Below, piece by piece: positions 19,882 through 30,395 of a stretch of DNA of 60,492 nucleotides. The notes under the pieces were generated by a model. It did no database searches. It had not been told where the DNA came from and was given only the letters and a program-made list of their open reading frames with translations. The first letter of the stretch is position 1; every line of letters begins with the position of its first letter. Both the position numbers and the translations under genes were made by a program. Source of the DNA: Sedimentibacter sp. (GTDB lineage Bacteria > Bacillota > Clostridia > Tissierellales > Sedimentibacteraceae); the NCBI GenBank assembly GCA_017995755.1, contig JAGOIH010000001.1, positions 1 to 60,492 on the forward strand, given 5' to 3'.

Positions 19882-21585
19882 TTAAATAGTTTTTATATCA
19901 ATGCCATATCCTTCAAGTTTCTTATATAATGCTGTTCTATGAATACCTAACAGATTTGCTGCCACGGTTCTGTTTCCATTACTATATTTTAATGCTTCAA
20001 CAATAGCATTTATTTCTGCCTCAGCCAATTTGTATTTTAATGTTTGCACATCGTGTTTTTTAACATCATCATTTAATTTTTCATTTATAAAATCCGGTAA
20101 ATGCTGAATACCTATATAATTGCCAATTGAAACATTAGCAGCCCTTTCAAGAATATTTCTAAGTTCTCTTACGTTGCCAGGCCAATTATATAATTTCATT
20201 GCAAAAATTGCTCTGTCAGTTACGGTTTTAGAAGTTAAGCCAACGCTTTGAATTTGTTTATTTAAAATATTATCACATAAGCAAGGAATGTCATCTAACC
20301 TTTCCCTCAATGGAGGTATCTTTATTTTAACAACGTTAAGTCTATAATATAAGTCCTGTCTAAATTTATTTTTACTTACAATGTGTTCAATATCCTCATT
20401 AGTACAAGCAATAAGCCTAATGTCAATTTTTATTGAAGTATTGCCGCCTATTCTTTCAAATTCTCTTTCTTCCAATACCCTTAACAATTTTGCCTGCATG
20501 CTCATAGGCATAGAGCTTATTTCATCCAAAAGCACCGTTCCGCCGTTTGCAAGTTCTAACTTTCCTATTTTACCTTCTTTTTTAGCTCCTGTAAAGGCTC
20601 CTGCTTCATATCCGAACAGTTCTGACTCCAATAACTCATGAGGTATTGCAGCACAATTTATTCTAATGAAGGGGGCTAACCTTCTATTGCTTTCTTCATG
20701 AATTGCATGGGCAAAATATTCCTTGCCTGTCCCGCTTTCACCTTCAATTAATATAGTTGAGCCTGAATTGGCTGCTTTTTTCGCAATATCAATAAGTTCA
20801 AGCATATGGACATTTTGTGTAATTATATCATCAAAACAATAATTGGCATGATACATTTTGCTGATTTCACTTTTATACTTATCAACGGTGCTTTCAAGAA
20901 TTTTAAGTCTTTTTGCCAAGTCAGTAACTTCTTTAATATCTTTAAACAAAACCGTTCCAACAGCACCAATAACTTTATCATCTTTAAAAATTGGAGTCCT
21001 GCTGGCAATCATATCATGCCCTTGAATTCTTTGAACATCATACAATTCCTTTTTACCTGTTTTAACAACAACATGAAGGCGTGTATTTTCTATTACATCT
21101 TCCACATGCTTTCCTAATGCATCTTCTTCTTTAATACCAAAAAGCTTTTCATAATTCCATTTAATTATTATACCTTCTTCATTAACTAAAACAAACCCTT
21201 GATAAGCATTGTCCAACACGTCTTTTAATGAATTTAACGCTAATTTCAATTCTTCTATTTCATTTCTTGCTTCTTGAATTTCAGTTGCTTCCTTAAACAA
21301 AATAATGTCAAATTGAAAAATATTCAGATTACGGTAACAAAATGATTCTACTGTAATACTTTTATTACCAATCATAATTTCACTTTCAGCATAACTATCA
21401 TGATTTGTAAAATTTAACAATTTGTATTTTGTAAGAACTTTTGCTAATGACTTATTGTCCTCGCCCACTATATCAAAAATTCTTTTAAACTGTCTGTTAA
21501 CTATTCTATTGTTTTTATTATCAATGAATAATACTCCTTCATACATTGAATCAATTAAATTTTGAAAATCTTCATATTTTATCAT
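19882..21585 (-). CDS. PAS-domain sigma-54 enhancer-binding transcriptional activator
   Basis: GESGTGKE, ESELFG, GAFTGA, LLDEI, WPGNVREL, C-terminal HTH. Confidence 0.95.
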   Translation of the reverse strand: MIKYEDFQNLIDSMYEGVLFIDNKNNRIVNRQFKRIFDIVGEDNKSLAKVLTKYKLLNFTNHDSYAESEIMIGNKSITVESFCYRNLNIFQFDIILFKEATEIQEARNEIEELKLALNSLKDVLDNAYQGFVLVNEEGIIIKWNYEKLFGIKEEDALGKHVEDVIENTRLHVVVKTGKKELYDVQRIQGHDMIASRTPIFKDDKVIGAVGTVLFKDIKEVTDLAKRLKILESTVDKYKSEISKMYHANYCFDDIITQNVHMLELIDIAKKAANSGSTILIEGESGTGKEYFAHAIHEESNRRLAPFIRINCAAIPHELLESELFGYEAGAFTGAKKEGKIGKLELANGGTVLLDEISSMPMSMQAKLLRVLEEREFERIGGNTSIKIDIRLIACTNEDIEHIVSKNKFRQDLYYRLNVVKIKIPPLRERLDDIPCLCDNILNKQIQSVGLTSKTVTDRAIFAMKLYNWPGNVRELRNILERAANVSIGNYIGIQHLPDFINEKLNDDVKKHDVQTLKYKLAEAEINAIVEALKYSNGNRTVAANLLGIHRTALYKKLEGYGIDIKTI

Positions 21586-21630
21586 AAATATATCCTTAGT
21601 TTAATTATAAAAGTAAAATAATATACTAAT

Positions 21631-21659
21631 ATATTAATAAATTTAAATGTTTATGTCAA
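21631..21659 (-). promoter_or_regulatory. Sigma-A promoter of the activator
   Basis: TTGACA-17 nt-TAATAT. Confidence 0.55.
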
Positions 21660-21692
21660 CTGTTTGTGTCGATTTGAGTTAAAGACCGACTT

Positions 21693-21719
21693 AAAAAACT
21701 GCCGTTTGGCAGTTTTTTT
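21693..21719 (-). terminator. Intrinsic terminator after pspA
   Basis: AAAAAACTGCC...GGCAGTTTTTT. Confidence 0.75.
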
Positions 21720-21727
21720 GGAAGTCT

Positions 21728-22405
21728 TTATAAACCTAATTCTTCTTTTAATTTATTCAATTCTTCATCTACTGATGCATTGCCCATTGCTGCATATTTT
21801 TCTTCTAAAGCTTTTGCTTCATCTATAGGCTCCATATTTAGGTCAGCCATAGCATTTGCTTCATCCAGCATCTTGCTTGCCTTATCTTCCATTCTTTCAA
21901 AAGCGCTTTTTGCACCGGATATTTTCTTTGTTGCCTGAGCTGCTTCATTTAATGTTTCCTGGGTTTTAGCAACTTTAACCTTTGATTTAATAACCTGGCG
22001 CCTTGCTTTTAATGCTTCTATGTCAGCGGTTAATTTGTCATGCATCTGGCGCATTTTAATTGCATTTTCATGAGCAGCGGCATAAGCTGTCATAAGTCCT
22101 GCACCTACATTTTCCAACTCTTGTTTTTTGTTGATAAATGTTCTTGCGTCTCCCTCATTTCCTGCTACTAAGGCTTTCTTTGCAAATTCATTGTATTTTG
22201 CAACTTCTGCTTCATTTTGATCGACTAATCTCTTTGTGCGCGTTTCTTCTGCAATAACTTCTGCTGTGCTTTGTTTGACTTCGGCAAGATCCTCCATCAT
22301 GTCTTCCAAATATTGGTCAATCATTTTTTCCGGATCTTCCATTTTTTCAAGCAATACGTTTATGTTTGCCTTGATAATATCACCAAATCTTTCTAATATA
22401 GCCAT
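21728..22405 (-). CDS. pspA: PspA/IM30 family protein
   Basis: MAILERFGDIIKANIN..LEKMEDPEKMIDQY, coiled coil, AFERMEDK; ATG 22405 after AAGGAGG. Confidence 0.85.
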   Translation of the reverse strand: MAILERFGDIIKANINVLLEKMEDPEKMIDQYLEDMMEDLAEVKQSTAEVIAEETRTKRLVDQNEAEVAKYNEFAKKALVAGNEGDARTFINKKQELENVGAGLMTAYAAAHENAIKMRQMHDKLTADIEALKARRQVIKSKVKVAKTQETLNEAAQATKKISGAKSAFERMEDKASKMLDEANAMADLNMEPIDEAKALEEKYAAMGNASVDEELNKLKEELGL

Positions 22406-22439
22406 CTTTTCCTCCTTATTATTATCTGCCGGTGGCAGA

Positions 22440-23534
22440 TTATTGCTCATTATCATCCTGATACTTTTTAGTAAGTTCTTCAGTCTCTGCATCTCCAAAC
22501 CTATCAAGGGGAGTATTTAATATTTCTTCTCTTCTTTTAGCTTCCAGATTTTTTTGTTCCATATGTTTTTTCCACCATAGGAAGAGTACAAAAGCTAAAA
22601 CAACAAGCCCTATTACAATAAACACTGTAATCCATGGAGACCTGGTAACCTTCATAATCCTGTCAGCTGCATCTTTGAAGGACTTGCTGAAAAATTCATC
22701 ATCGCTTAAATTGTCATCATAATAGTATCTGTCTATGTAATCAAGCAGGATATTGCCGGCCTCATCATCAATTACACTTTTCGCCTGGGTTCCGGCAATA
22801 TACCAATCCCTGTACATGCCTTCATATTCGAAGAATACAAATAATAAATGTGCTTCATCCGTAAACAGCTCATCATATAAGCTTTCTGCAAAGGATTCTA
22901 TTTCAAATTGGGTCGGATAATAGGAACCGTTAACATTATCTGTCAAATATAAGTATGGCTGGACTCCTGTTTCCTTATAAAAATGTTTCATCCCGTCAAT
23001 CAGCTTTGTTTCATTTATTATCCAGCCCAACTCATCTGTGTAGTAGCCTGTTTCATTAACAGATCCGGACGGAAGCGGAATTCTTTCAACAGATGAGGGG
23101 GTAATTATACTGTCGCTGCTTTTTGTATTAGGAGAATTAAGCATTGAAAAACCAATAATTAAAATAATAGCAAGCACTATTACAACAATAATTAATAGAG
23201 CGCATCCACAGCCACCGCCTCCGGAAGACCTCCTTGGGCTGTATCCGCCTCCGAATCCTCCTCCCATGGGCACCCTGGGAGCAAATATGGGTCCAATATG
23301 GGGGCCTGTGCTTCTGCTGCCTCCAAAAATCCCGCCGCCTGTGCCGCTTGAACCTCCGCTGCTTCCAAATGAGCCGCCGCTGCGTCCGAATGAACCGCCG
23401 CTTCTGCCGCTTGAACCTCCGCGGCCTCCAATTGAAAATCCGCCTCCAAAACCACCGCTTCGTCCGCCGCCTCCTCTGCTTCCGCCAAAGGAACCGCCGC
23501 CGCTTCTGCCTCCTGAACCTCCGCCTCTTGCCAA
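22440..23534 (-). CDS. Glycine-rich membrane protein with a TPM-like extracellular domain
   Basis: About 110-aa G/S/R/F-rich N-terminus, a TM helix, a YYTDELGWI..FYKETGVQPY domain and a second TM; TTG start after GGAGGG. Confidence 0.65.
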   Translation of the reverse strand: MARGGGSGGRSGGGSFGGSRGGGGRSGGFGGGFSIGGRGGSSGRSGGSFGRSGGSFGSSGGSSGTGGGIFGGSRSTGPHIGPIFAPRVPMGGGFGGGYSPRRSSGGGGCGCALLIIVVIVLAIILIIGFSMLNSPNTKSSDSIITPSSVERIPLPSGSVNETGYYTDELGWIINETKLIDGMKHFYKETGVQPYLYLTDNVNGSYYPTQFEIESFAESLYDELFTDEAHLLFVFFEYEGMYRDWYIAGTQAKSVIDDEAGNILLDYIDRYYYDDNLSDDEFFSKSFKDAADRIMKVTRSPWITVFIVIGLVVLAFVLFLWWKKHMEQKNLEAKRREEILNTPLDRFGDAETEELTKKYQDDNEQ

Positions 23535-23625
23535 TTAAATCCCTCCAATTAAATGTATGGAAATTTATATTTTGTCAATTATATTTTATACCCTTATTTA
23601 AATATTTCAAACAATAATTATCCTT

Positions 23626-24489
23626 TCACTTAATTATATCATAATCTTCAAGAAAATTGTAGCATATATTTCCTTTTCTATAGCCGATTATTGTGTCTAA
23701 ATTTACATTGTGTATGCTTTTAAATATATTAGTATCAATATTTGGATTAATTTCTCTTAATTTTTTAATTAAGAGCTTTGTTTCCTGCCTTTTTGAGACA
23801 GTGTTCTCATTTTGAATTTTTTTAGTAATAGAACAGGCGCATTGAATGAACTGGAGATTGTTGTACCTTTTCCATGCAATTATGTCTTCTTCCCTTACCT
23901 TGTACATAGGACGGATAAGCTCCATGCCCTCATGATTTGTACTCCGAAGTTTGGGCATCATGGTTTTAATTTCTGCCGCATAGAACATGCTCATAAGCAC
24001 AGTTTCTATAGCATCATTAAAATGATGTCCCAGTGCAATTTTATTGCATCCTGATTCCCTTGCACTTCTGTACAAATAGCCTCTTCGCATCCTTGCACAA
24101 AGATAACAAGGTGTTTCTTCCACTCTGTCTACTATGTCAAATATGGGAGTGGTAAAAATCTTTATTGGAATATTTAATATTTCTGCATTTTCTATTATAC
24201 GTTTTTTGTTGTCATCACTGTATCCCGGGTCCATTAGCAAATATTCGGTTTCAAATTTAATTTCACTGTACTTTTGCAGGTGCTGCATGCATTTGGCCAT
24301 AAGCATTGAATCCTTGCCTCCTGATATGCATACTGCTATTTTGTCATTGTTTTGTATTAATTTATATTCCTTTACAGCCGAAATAAATCTTGCCCATATT
24401 TGTTTTCTGTACTTTTTAATTATGCTTCTTTCTATTTCTTCATAGCGTTCCATTTTATCCTGCTTTATCAAATAAGTTTTGTCACTCAA
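23626..24489 (-). CDS. TtcA-like tRNA thiolation PP-loop ATPase
   Basis: SGGKDS, CYLCARMRRG, LGHH, IRPM, CAC. Confidence 0.8.
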   Translation of the reverse strand: MSDKTYLIKQDKMERYEEIERSIIKKYRKQIWARFISAVKEYKLIQNNDKIAVCISGGKDSMLMAKCMQHLQKYSEIKFETEYLLMDPGYSDDNKKRIIENAEILNIPIKIFTTPIFDIVDRVEETPCYLCARMRRGYLYRSARESGCNKIALGHHFNDAIETVLMSMFYAAEIKTMMPKLRSTNHEGMELIRPMYKVREEDIIAWKRYNNLQFIQCACSITKKIQNENTVSKRQETKLLIKKLREINPNIDTNIFKSIHNVNLDTIIGYRKGNICYNFLEDYDIIK

Positions 24490-24611
24490 TAATATCCGTT
24501 TCTATTATAATGATATAAACATTATATAACAAGATGTTTTTATTGCAACCTATGAAAATGTTTGCTATCCTATAATTGGATTTATAGGTTAAATAATCTT
24601 AAGGAGTATTT

Positions 24612-24674
24612 ATGGGAGGAGAAGCAAGCCTCCTTGGAAATATTGGAATAGGGAACTTATTCGGCAATGACTGA
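24612..24674 (+). CDS. Possible 20-aa small ORF (MGGEASLLGNIGIGNLFGND)
   Basis: AAGGAG RBS at 24601 and TATAAT at 24571; no recognisable homology. Confidence 0.25.
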   Translation: MGGEASLLGNIGIGNLFGND

Positions 24675-24780
24675 AAATTATTGGATGCAAGGCAATGCTT
24701 TGTCATTCTGAAGGGTAATCAAAATACCATGTTTTTGTAACAGGGTGACATGAACAGGGTTTGTCAACTGTAAAAGGTGC

Positions 24781-25686
24781 TTAGCTAGCACCTTTTTTAC
24801 TGGCCTTATATATGTTGCAGACTGCCTTAGTGGCTGATATGTCTTCATCTATTACGTCATAAAGGTCTAGGCCTTCTTGTAATACATTCATATATTCTGA
24901 AAGCATGAAACAGCTGTTATGAAAAACCCCTCCTTTAAGACCTATTTTAGCAGGTCCTTTGAAGTTTTTCTTTTTATATGCAACTTGAGTTAGTTCTGCA
25001 AGGTATCTTCCTGCATTTTCTAAAAGCAAAATGGCATATGAGTCTCCTTTATTGGCATAGTCAACTATAATGGGAAAGAGTGCTGCAACCTTGTTTTTTT
25101 CGTTGTTGTAAATGAAATTCATTATATCCGAACGTGTAGACCCCCCTATTTCTTTTATCAAAGCCTTGCTCAGGCTGTCAAAAGGAAGAGCCCTGTCGTA
25201 TTTATGAATTATATTTTTAAAAACCTGCATAACAGTATGATAGCCGCTTCCCTCGTCACCCAGGATATGACCCCATCCTCCAACCATTTCACCTTCACCG
25301 TCTTTTTGCACAAAACAGGAAGATCCTGTCCCTGAAATTGCCAGAATTCCGTCCTTGTCTCCAAAATATGCCTTGCAGGCCATTTCTGCATCATTTAAAA
25401 CTATTGTTTTGATTACAAAAGCACCTTCCACATATTTTTTTATCAGTTCTGCATAGTTGCCTGTTTCCACACCTGCCATTCCAACTGCTATAAGCTGACA
25501 GTCTTCTCTGCCAAGCTCATTAACACAGTCATAAATAAGGGATATCAGGTTATTTACAGTCTTCTCCAGGTTTACTGAAGGATTGCCGAATCCTCCTATA
25601 AGATTAAAAATCGGACTATCATTAAGATTATAAGCAATCAGCTCAGACTTTGTGCCACCGGCATCAATTCCTATTAAGTATTTCAT
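24781..25686 (-). CDS. BadF/BadG/BcrA/BcrD-family ATPase (GlcNAc/MurNAc kinase-like)
   Basis: GIDAGGTKS, NDA, ISGTGS, GGWGHILGDEGSGY. Confidence 0.85.
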   Translation of the reverse strand: MKYLIGIDAGGTKSELIAYNLNDSPIFNLIGGFGNPSVNLEKTVNNLISLIYDCVNELGREDCQLIAVGMAGVETGNYAELIKKYVEGAFVIKTIVLNDAEMACKAYFGDKDGILAISGTGSSCFVQKDGEGEMVGGWGHILGDEGSGYHTVMQVFKNIIHKYDRALPFDSLSKALIKEIGGSTRSDIMNFIYNNEKNKVAALFPIIVDYANKGDSYAILLLENAGRYLAELTQVAYKKKNFKGPAKIGLKGGVFHNSCFMLSEYMNVLQEGLDLYDVIDEDISATKAVCNIYKASKKGAS

Positions 25687-25837
25687 ACGCTCACCACCCA
25701 GTTATAGTATAGCAAATATCAATCTGTTTTTCTACATTTTAATGCAAATCTTATTCACTCAATAAAGGTAATAAAGCAGAATTTTTTTTAACAAAAATAC
25801 TGCTCCATCTATATGAAATGAAGCAGCATTTTTTATT

Positions 25838-26026
25838 TTATTCTGCATGAATTGCATCTGTAGGACATTCTTCCTCAGCTTCTTTTGTGCAATTCTCGTA
25901 TTCCTCAGGTATAGGGTCAACCTTCACTGTAGAAATACTTTCGTCATCCAATTCAAAAACACCGGGACATATTGTTTCGCACAGACCGCAGCTTATGCAG
26001 GCATCCCTGTCAACTTTTGCTCTCAT
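25838..26026 (-). CDS. Single-cluster ferredoxin
   Basis: CISCGLC...CP; 62 aa, acidic. Confidence 0.9.
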   Translation of the reverse strand: MRAKVDRDACISCGLCETICPGVFELDDESISTVKVDPIPEEYENCTKEAEEECPTDAIHAE

Positions 26027-26065
26027 ATATTCCTCCTGATAAATAGTAATATATTGTTTGCTGAT

Positions 26066-27265
26066 TTACACTAATTTATCCAAAGCTTGTTTTAAATCAT
26101 CTATTATATCATCTGCATGCTCCAAGCCAATGGAAAGCCTTACAAGTCCCTCAGAAATTCCGCTCATTGCTCTTTCTTCAGGAGTATAAGGCGAATGGGT
26201 CATGGATGCCGGATGCTGAATCAGTGTCTCAGTATCACCAAGACTTACAGCCAGTGAGCAAAGCTCTACTGTATTCATAAGTTTTCTTCCTGCTTCAAGT
26301 CCTCCCTTAACTTCAAATGCAATCATGGCACCTGGCAGCATCATTTGTTTTTTACCAAGCTCATATTGAGGGAAGCTTTTCAGTCCCGGATAGCCAATCC
26401 ATTCTATTGCAGGATGGCTTTCAAGAAATTCTGCAACCTTCTGGGCGTTTGAGCAGTGCTTTTCCATTCTGACTTCCAGTGTTTTCATTCCTCTGTTGAT
26501 TAAGTATGCATCAAAAGGACTTATTACAGAGCCGGTCATGTCTTTTATTCCAAATAATCTGACAGTATCCATGAATTCTTTTTTACCGGCTGCAAATCCT
26601 GCAATTACATCACCGTGACCGTTTAAATACTTGGTTGCAGAATGAACTACCACGTCTGCACCCAGATCAATAGGTCTTTGTAAATATGGAGTGCAATAGG
26701 TATTATCTACTACAACCTTACAGCCTTCAACTTCGTGGGCAATCTTTGAAACTTCCGAAATATCAGTCAGCAGCATATTCGGGTTTGCTGGACTTTCAAG
26801 ATATACCATTTTAGTATTAGGCTTCATGGCTTTTCTCACGTTTTCAGGGTCTGAAGTATCAACAAAATCAACCTCTACTCCGAATTTAGCCAAACCGTGG
26901 TTCAGAAAAGCATATGTACACCCATACAAGGTTTTTGCTGCAATAATATGATCCCCTGCATTTACTATAGACCATATTACTGAAGTAATGGCACCCATGC
27001 CTGAAGCCATGGCAACTGCTGCTTCAGCATTTTCCAGTGATGCAAGCTTGTCTTCAACCTGGGAAGTTGTGGGATTTCCAAGCCTTGTGTAGATGTAGCC
27101 TTCTTCTTCCAATGCAAATCTTCTGCCGCCCTGCTCAGCGGAGTCAAATATGAATGTGGAAGTTTGATATATGGGAGTTGCTAAAGCCCCATACTCATTA
27201 GGTTTGTAACCGGCATGTACCGCCCTTGTTGAAAAATTCATTTTGCTTAACTTATCTTTATTCAT
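26066..27265 (-). CDS. megL: Methionine gamma-lyase
   Basis: [45 protein letters not shown]. Confidence 0.92.
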   Translation of the reverse strand: MNKDKLSKMNFSTRAVHAGYKPNEYGALATPIYQTSTFIFDSAEQGGRRFALEEEGYIYTRLGNPTTSQVEDKLASLENAEAAVAMASGMGAITSVIWSIVNAGDHIIAAKTLYGCTYAFLNHGLAKFGVEVDFVDTSDPENVRKAMKPNTKMVYLESPANPNMLLTDISEVSKIAHEVEGCKVVVDNTYCTPYLQRPIDLGADVVVHSATKYLNGHGDVIAGFAAGKKEFMDTVRLFGIKDMTGSVISPFDAYLINRGMKTLEVRMEKHCSNAQKVAEFLESHPAIEWIGYPGLKSFPQYELGKKQMMLPGAMIAFEVKGGLEAGRKLMNTVELCSLAVSLGDTETLIQHPASMTHSPYTPEERAMSGISEGLVRLSIGLEHADDIIDDLKQALDKLV

Positions 27266-27501
27266 TATTTCCTCCTTATAAGAATTATTTGATAAGCAAA
27301 CGTTCTCTATATAAATTGTATACTACTTTTGAATATAAATCAATCATGTATTTTTTAATATTGTTTACCCATTGGCAAAAACCAAATATGGTGTAACTTT
27401 TTCCCGTGCTCCAACAGCTTTGTTATCTTTTAGACCATCTTTAAACTTGTATTTTTTTTAAATAATATTATAATGGAATTACTTGAAAAATGGAGGCTAT
27501 A

Positions 27502-28833
27502 ATGGACTTTATAATATCGGTTATTATTTTTACCTTATCTTTAATTTACAGCATCCTAAAGCATATTCCCACTCTTGTTCCCCTCTTGATAGGAATGCTG
27601 TCTTTTTCCATAACAGCTATTAATAGAGGGTACGGTATAAGAAATGTGATAAAAATGGTACTAAGGGGTATGAAAAAGTCCCTTTCTTTAATACCTATTT
27701 TTGCTTTGATAGGAATGATTACAGCTTTATGGAGGGCTTGCGGAACAATTGCTTTTTTTGTTTATTACGGTATAAATATAATGAATCCAAATTACTTTAT
27801 TCTATATGCCTTTTTATTATCCTGCTTTGTTTCCTTTGCTATTGGTACAAGCTTTGGAACTGCCGGGACAATAGGTATTGTATTAATTGTACTGGCAAAA
27901 AGCGGAGGTGTCGACATTTATACAGCAGGAGGAGCTATTATATCCGGAGCCTTCTTCGGGGACAGGTGCTCTCCGGTATCCTCCAGTGCAAATTTAGTGG
28001 CTATGGTTACAGGCACTGACTTATATGACAATATAAAAAATATGTTTATTACAGGTGCTCTGCCTTTTGTGGCAGCTGTGGCTGTCTATTTTATTTTATC
28101 AAAATATAATCCGATTAATGTGGCAAATAACGGGCTGATAGATAAATTACCTGTTAATTTCAACCTTCATCCAATTACAATTCTCCCTGCCCTTGTAATC
28201 TTCCTGCTGGCAGCATTAAGAAAAAATGTTCAGTTTACAATGTTTTCAAGTATACTGACAGCAATTTTTGTATGTCGGTATTTTCAAAATTTTTCTTTTC
28301 AGCAGATATTCAATTATATGATTTTCGGATATATGAATACTGACCCTGAACTTTCAGGAATAATTTCAGGCGGAGGCTTAATGTCAATGGTTTCCGTTAC
28401 ATTTGTCGTATTGATAGCATCCTCCTATTCAGGTATATTTGAAGGAACAGGCATGCTTAATGATATTCAGGGTGCTCTGGTTAAAATAAGCAAAAAAACC
28501 GGTGTTTACATAACTACTGTCTTTACCGGCGTTATTACATGTGCCTTTTGCTGCAATCAAACACTGCCCATATTGCTTACTCAAGATTTGATGAAAAATA
28601 TTTATAAAAAAAATGGCCTTACTAAAAGCCATTTAGCTCTAGACATTGAAAACACTGTAATTTTAATTGCCGAGCTTTTCCCCTGGAGCATAGCAATAGC
28701 AGTTCCCCTTGCAACCATAGATGTGGGTGCAAGGGCAATTCCCTATGCTGTCTTTTTATACCTGGTACCTTTATTGGCACCTCTTACTCCTAAATTCATA
28801 AAAAAGACAATGAATCTCAGTCTGTCTAAATAA
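27502..28833 (+). CDS. NhaC-family transporter (possible methionine transporter)
   Basis: GTSFGTAGT, GAIISGAFFGDRCSPVSSS; divergent from megL. Confidence 0.8.
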   Translation: MDFIISVIIFTLSLIYSILKHIPTLVPLLIGMLSFSITAINRGYGIRNVIKMVLRGMKKSLSLIPIFALIGMITALWRACGTIAFFVYYGINIMNPNYFILYAFLLSCFVSFAIGTSFGTAGTIGIVLIVLAKSGGVDIYTAGGAIISGAFFGDRCSPVSSSANLVAMVTGTDLYDNIKNMFITGALPFVAAVAVYFILSKYNPINVANNGLIDKLPVNFNLHPITILPALVIFLLAALRKNVQFTMFSSILTAIFVCRYFQNFSFQQIFNYMIFGYMNTDPELSGIISGGGLMSMVSVTFVVLIASSYSGIFEGTGMLNDIQGALVKISKKTGVYITTVFTGVITCAFCCNQTLPILLTQDLMKNIYKKNGLTKSHLALDIENTVILIAELFPWSIAIAVPLATIDVGARAIPYAVFLYLVPLLAPLTPKFIKKTMNLSLSK

Positions 28834-28911
28834 GAGCAGCTTCTATTAATAATGCAATCAGCCTTGTTCCCACCCATTGGGTACCGGCTTGATAAGAGGA
28901 AGAAATTGTTT

Positions 28912-30183
28912 CTAGTATTTTCTGATTTGGAAATTAGAGCCAAGGAGGGGAAAGTTTTGAGGGAATTCGTATCCTAATCCCCAGTAGCTGATTCCTCTTA
29001 ATCCGTATTCCTTCACAGTATCAAATTTCGCCTGGGCGCTTCTTGCATCTTCAAACCATACTTCATGGGCAATTCCTTCTGCATCAGTATAATGAAAATA
29101 TGGTGACTGGCTTTCATATTCATAATGAATTTCAGCCATGTGCTCATAGGCTAAGTTTATTGCATCCTGAACGCTGAATGTTGCAGCTTCATCACCTTCT
29201 TCAAAAGGAATTTTCCAGTCCCTTGCATATATCTGGAATCCCATTAATATTTTATCTCTTGGAATTACTGATACTGCATAATCAAGAACTTTTCTTATTT
29301 CATTTAATGGTGATATGGCTCTAGGCCTTCCTCCCCTCCAGCCCCATTCGTAGGTCATGAGAACAACGAAATCCGCAAGCCTTCCATGGGCGGGATAATC
29401 GTGAGCTTCATACAAAAGACCAGCTTGCTCGGCACTTAATTTTGGAGCTAATGATGTGGAAACAAAGAATCCTTCATTATGAAATCTTTGAACTGTACTT
29501 TCCAAAAATCTGTTGTAGGCTTCCCTGTCCTCAGGAAGAACATATTCAAAATCAATATTTAGTCCCTGGTAACCCTTTTCTCTCATTATGCTGATTATGT
29601 TATCCTGGAGTTTATTGACTATGTCCGGATTATTCAAAACAATATTTGCTATGTTCTGGCCTTCAACATTTACAGTAAAATTTACTATTGACATCATGGG
29701 AACAGCCCCTTGTGTATAGGACTCAGCTATTGCCGGTTCGTCAGCAATATTTACCAATGTTCCGTCTTCGTTAATAAGGTATGCGAAAGGACTTAAATAA
29801 GTCAGATAAGGTCCTGCTTCTCTCACAACGGGAACAGCTTCCGGCCCGAGAAAATATGTAAAGCCATTTACATCTATTTCTGTTTTGGGTCTTTGAGGTA
29901 TTTTTAGCACATATCCCGGGTATATCAAATCAGGATTCATAATTCTGTTTTCCCACAGCAGTTGTTGTACGCTGACTCCAAACTTCTGCGCAATCTGCCA
30001 AATAGTGTCCCCTTGCTGGACAGTATAAGTTATACTGTTAGTTGGTATTAAAAGTGCATGGCCGGGCAGCAAAATGTCAGGATTATTCAACCTGTTAATG
30101 TTAACAATATCCTCTATGCTGACATTATAATAACCGGCAATCTGCCACAATGTTTCTCCACTTTGAACAACATGAATATTCAT
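28912..30183 (-). CDS. LysM/GH18 spore cortex glycosidase (YaaH/SleL-like)
   Basis: Two LysM domains, NIDFE, LMTYEWG, VWFEDARS. Confidence 0.88.
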   Translation of the reverse strand: MNIHVVQSGETLWQIAGYYNVSIEDIVNINRLNNPDILLPGHALLIPTNSITYTVQQGDTIWQIAQKFGVSVQQLLWENRIMNPDLIYPGYVLKIPQRPKTEIDVNGFTYFLGPEAVPVVREAGPYLTYLSPFAYLINEDGTLVNIADEPAIAESYTQGAVPMMSIVNFTVNVEGQNIANIVLNNPDIVNKLQDNIISIMREKGYQGLNIDFEYVLPEDREAYNRFLESTVQRFHNEGFFVSTSLAPKLSAEQAGLLYEAHDYPAHGRLADFVVLMTYEWGWRGGRPRAISPLNEIRKVLDYAVSVIPRDKILMGFQIYARDWKIPFEEGDEAATFSVQDAINLAYEHMAEIHYEYESQSPYFHYTDAEGIAHEVWFEDARSAQAKFDTVKEYGLRGISYWGLGYEFPQNFPLLGSNFQIRKY

Positions 30184-30242
30184 AACTTCCCCCTTTAGTC
30201 TCTTTGTAATAATATATTCATTTGTCCAACCTTAATGATAAA

Positions 30243-30284
30243 AAATAAATGCTGTCGGAGTAATTTCTCTGAAAGCATTTATTT
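30243..30284 (-). terminator. Terminator after the pur operon
   Basis: AAATAAATGCT...AGCATTTATTT inverted repeat. Confidence 0.55.
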
Positions 30285-30395
30285 AAAACAGCATTACGTA
30301 TCAAATTTCAATTAAATCTATAAATTATAGTCTATTCTAGAATTTAACCTGAAATTATTTGTTTTGGAGAAGGAAAAGTGCTGTCACAGGAATTT

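Noticed and set aside
23192-23617. Ala/Glu-rich and Pro-rich ORFs
   Set aside because: Alternative-frame shadows of the glycine-rich GGC/GGA repeat gene.
27266-27501. SAM riboswitch or T-box between megL and the transporter
   Set aside because: No ATCAAGAG/GAGGGA core or GGTGGTACC motif found.
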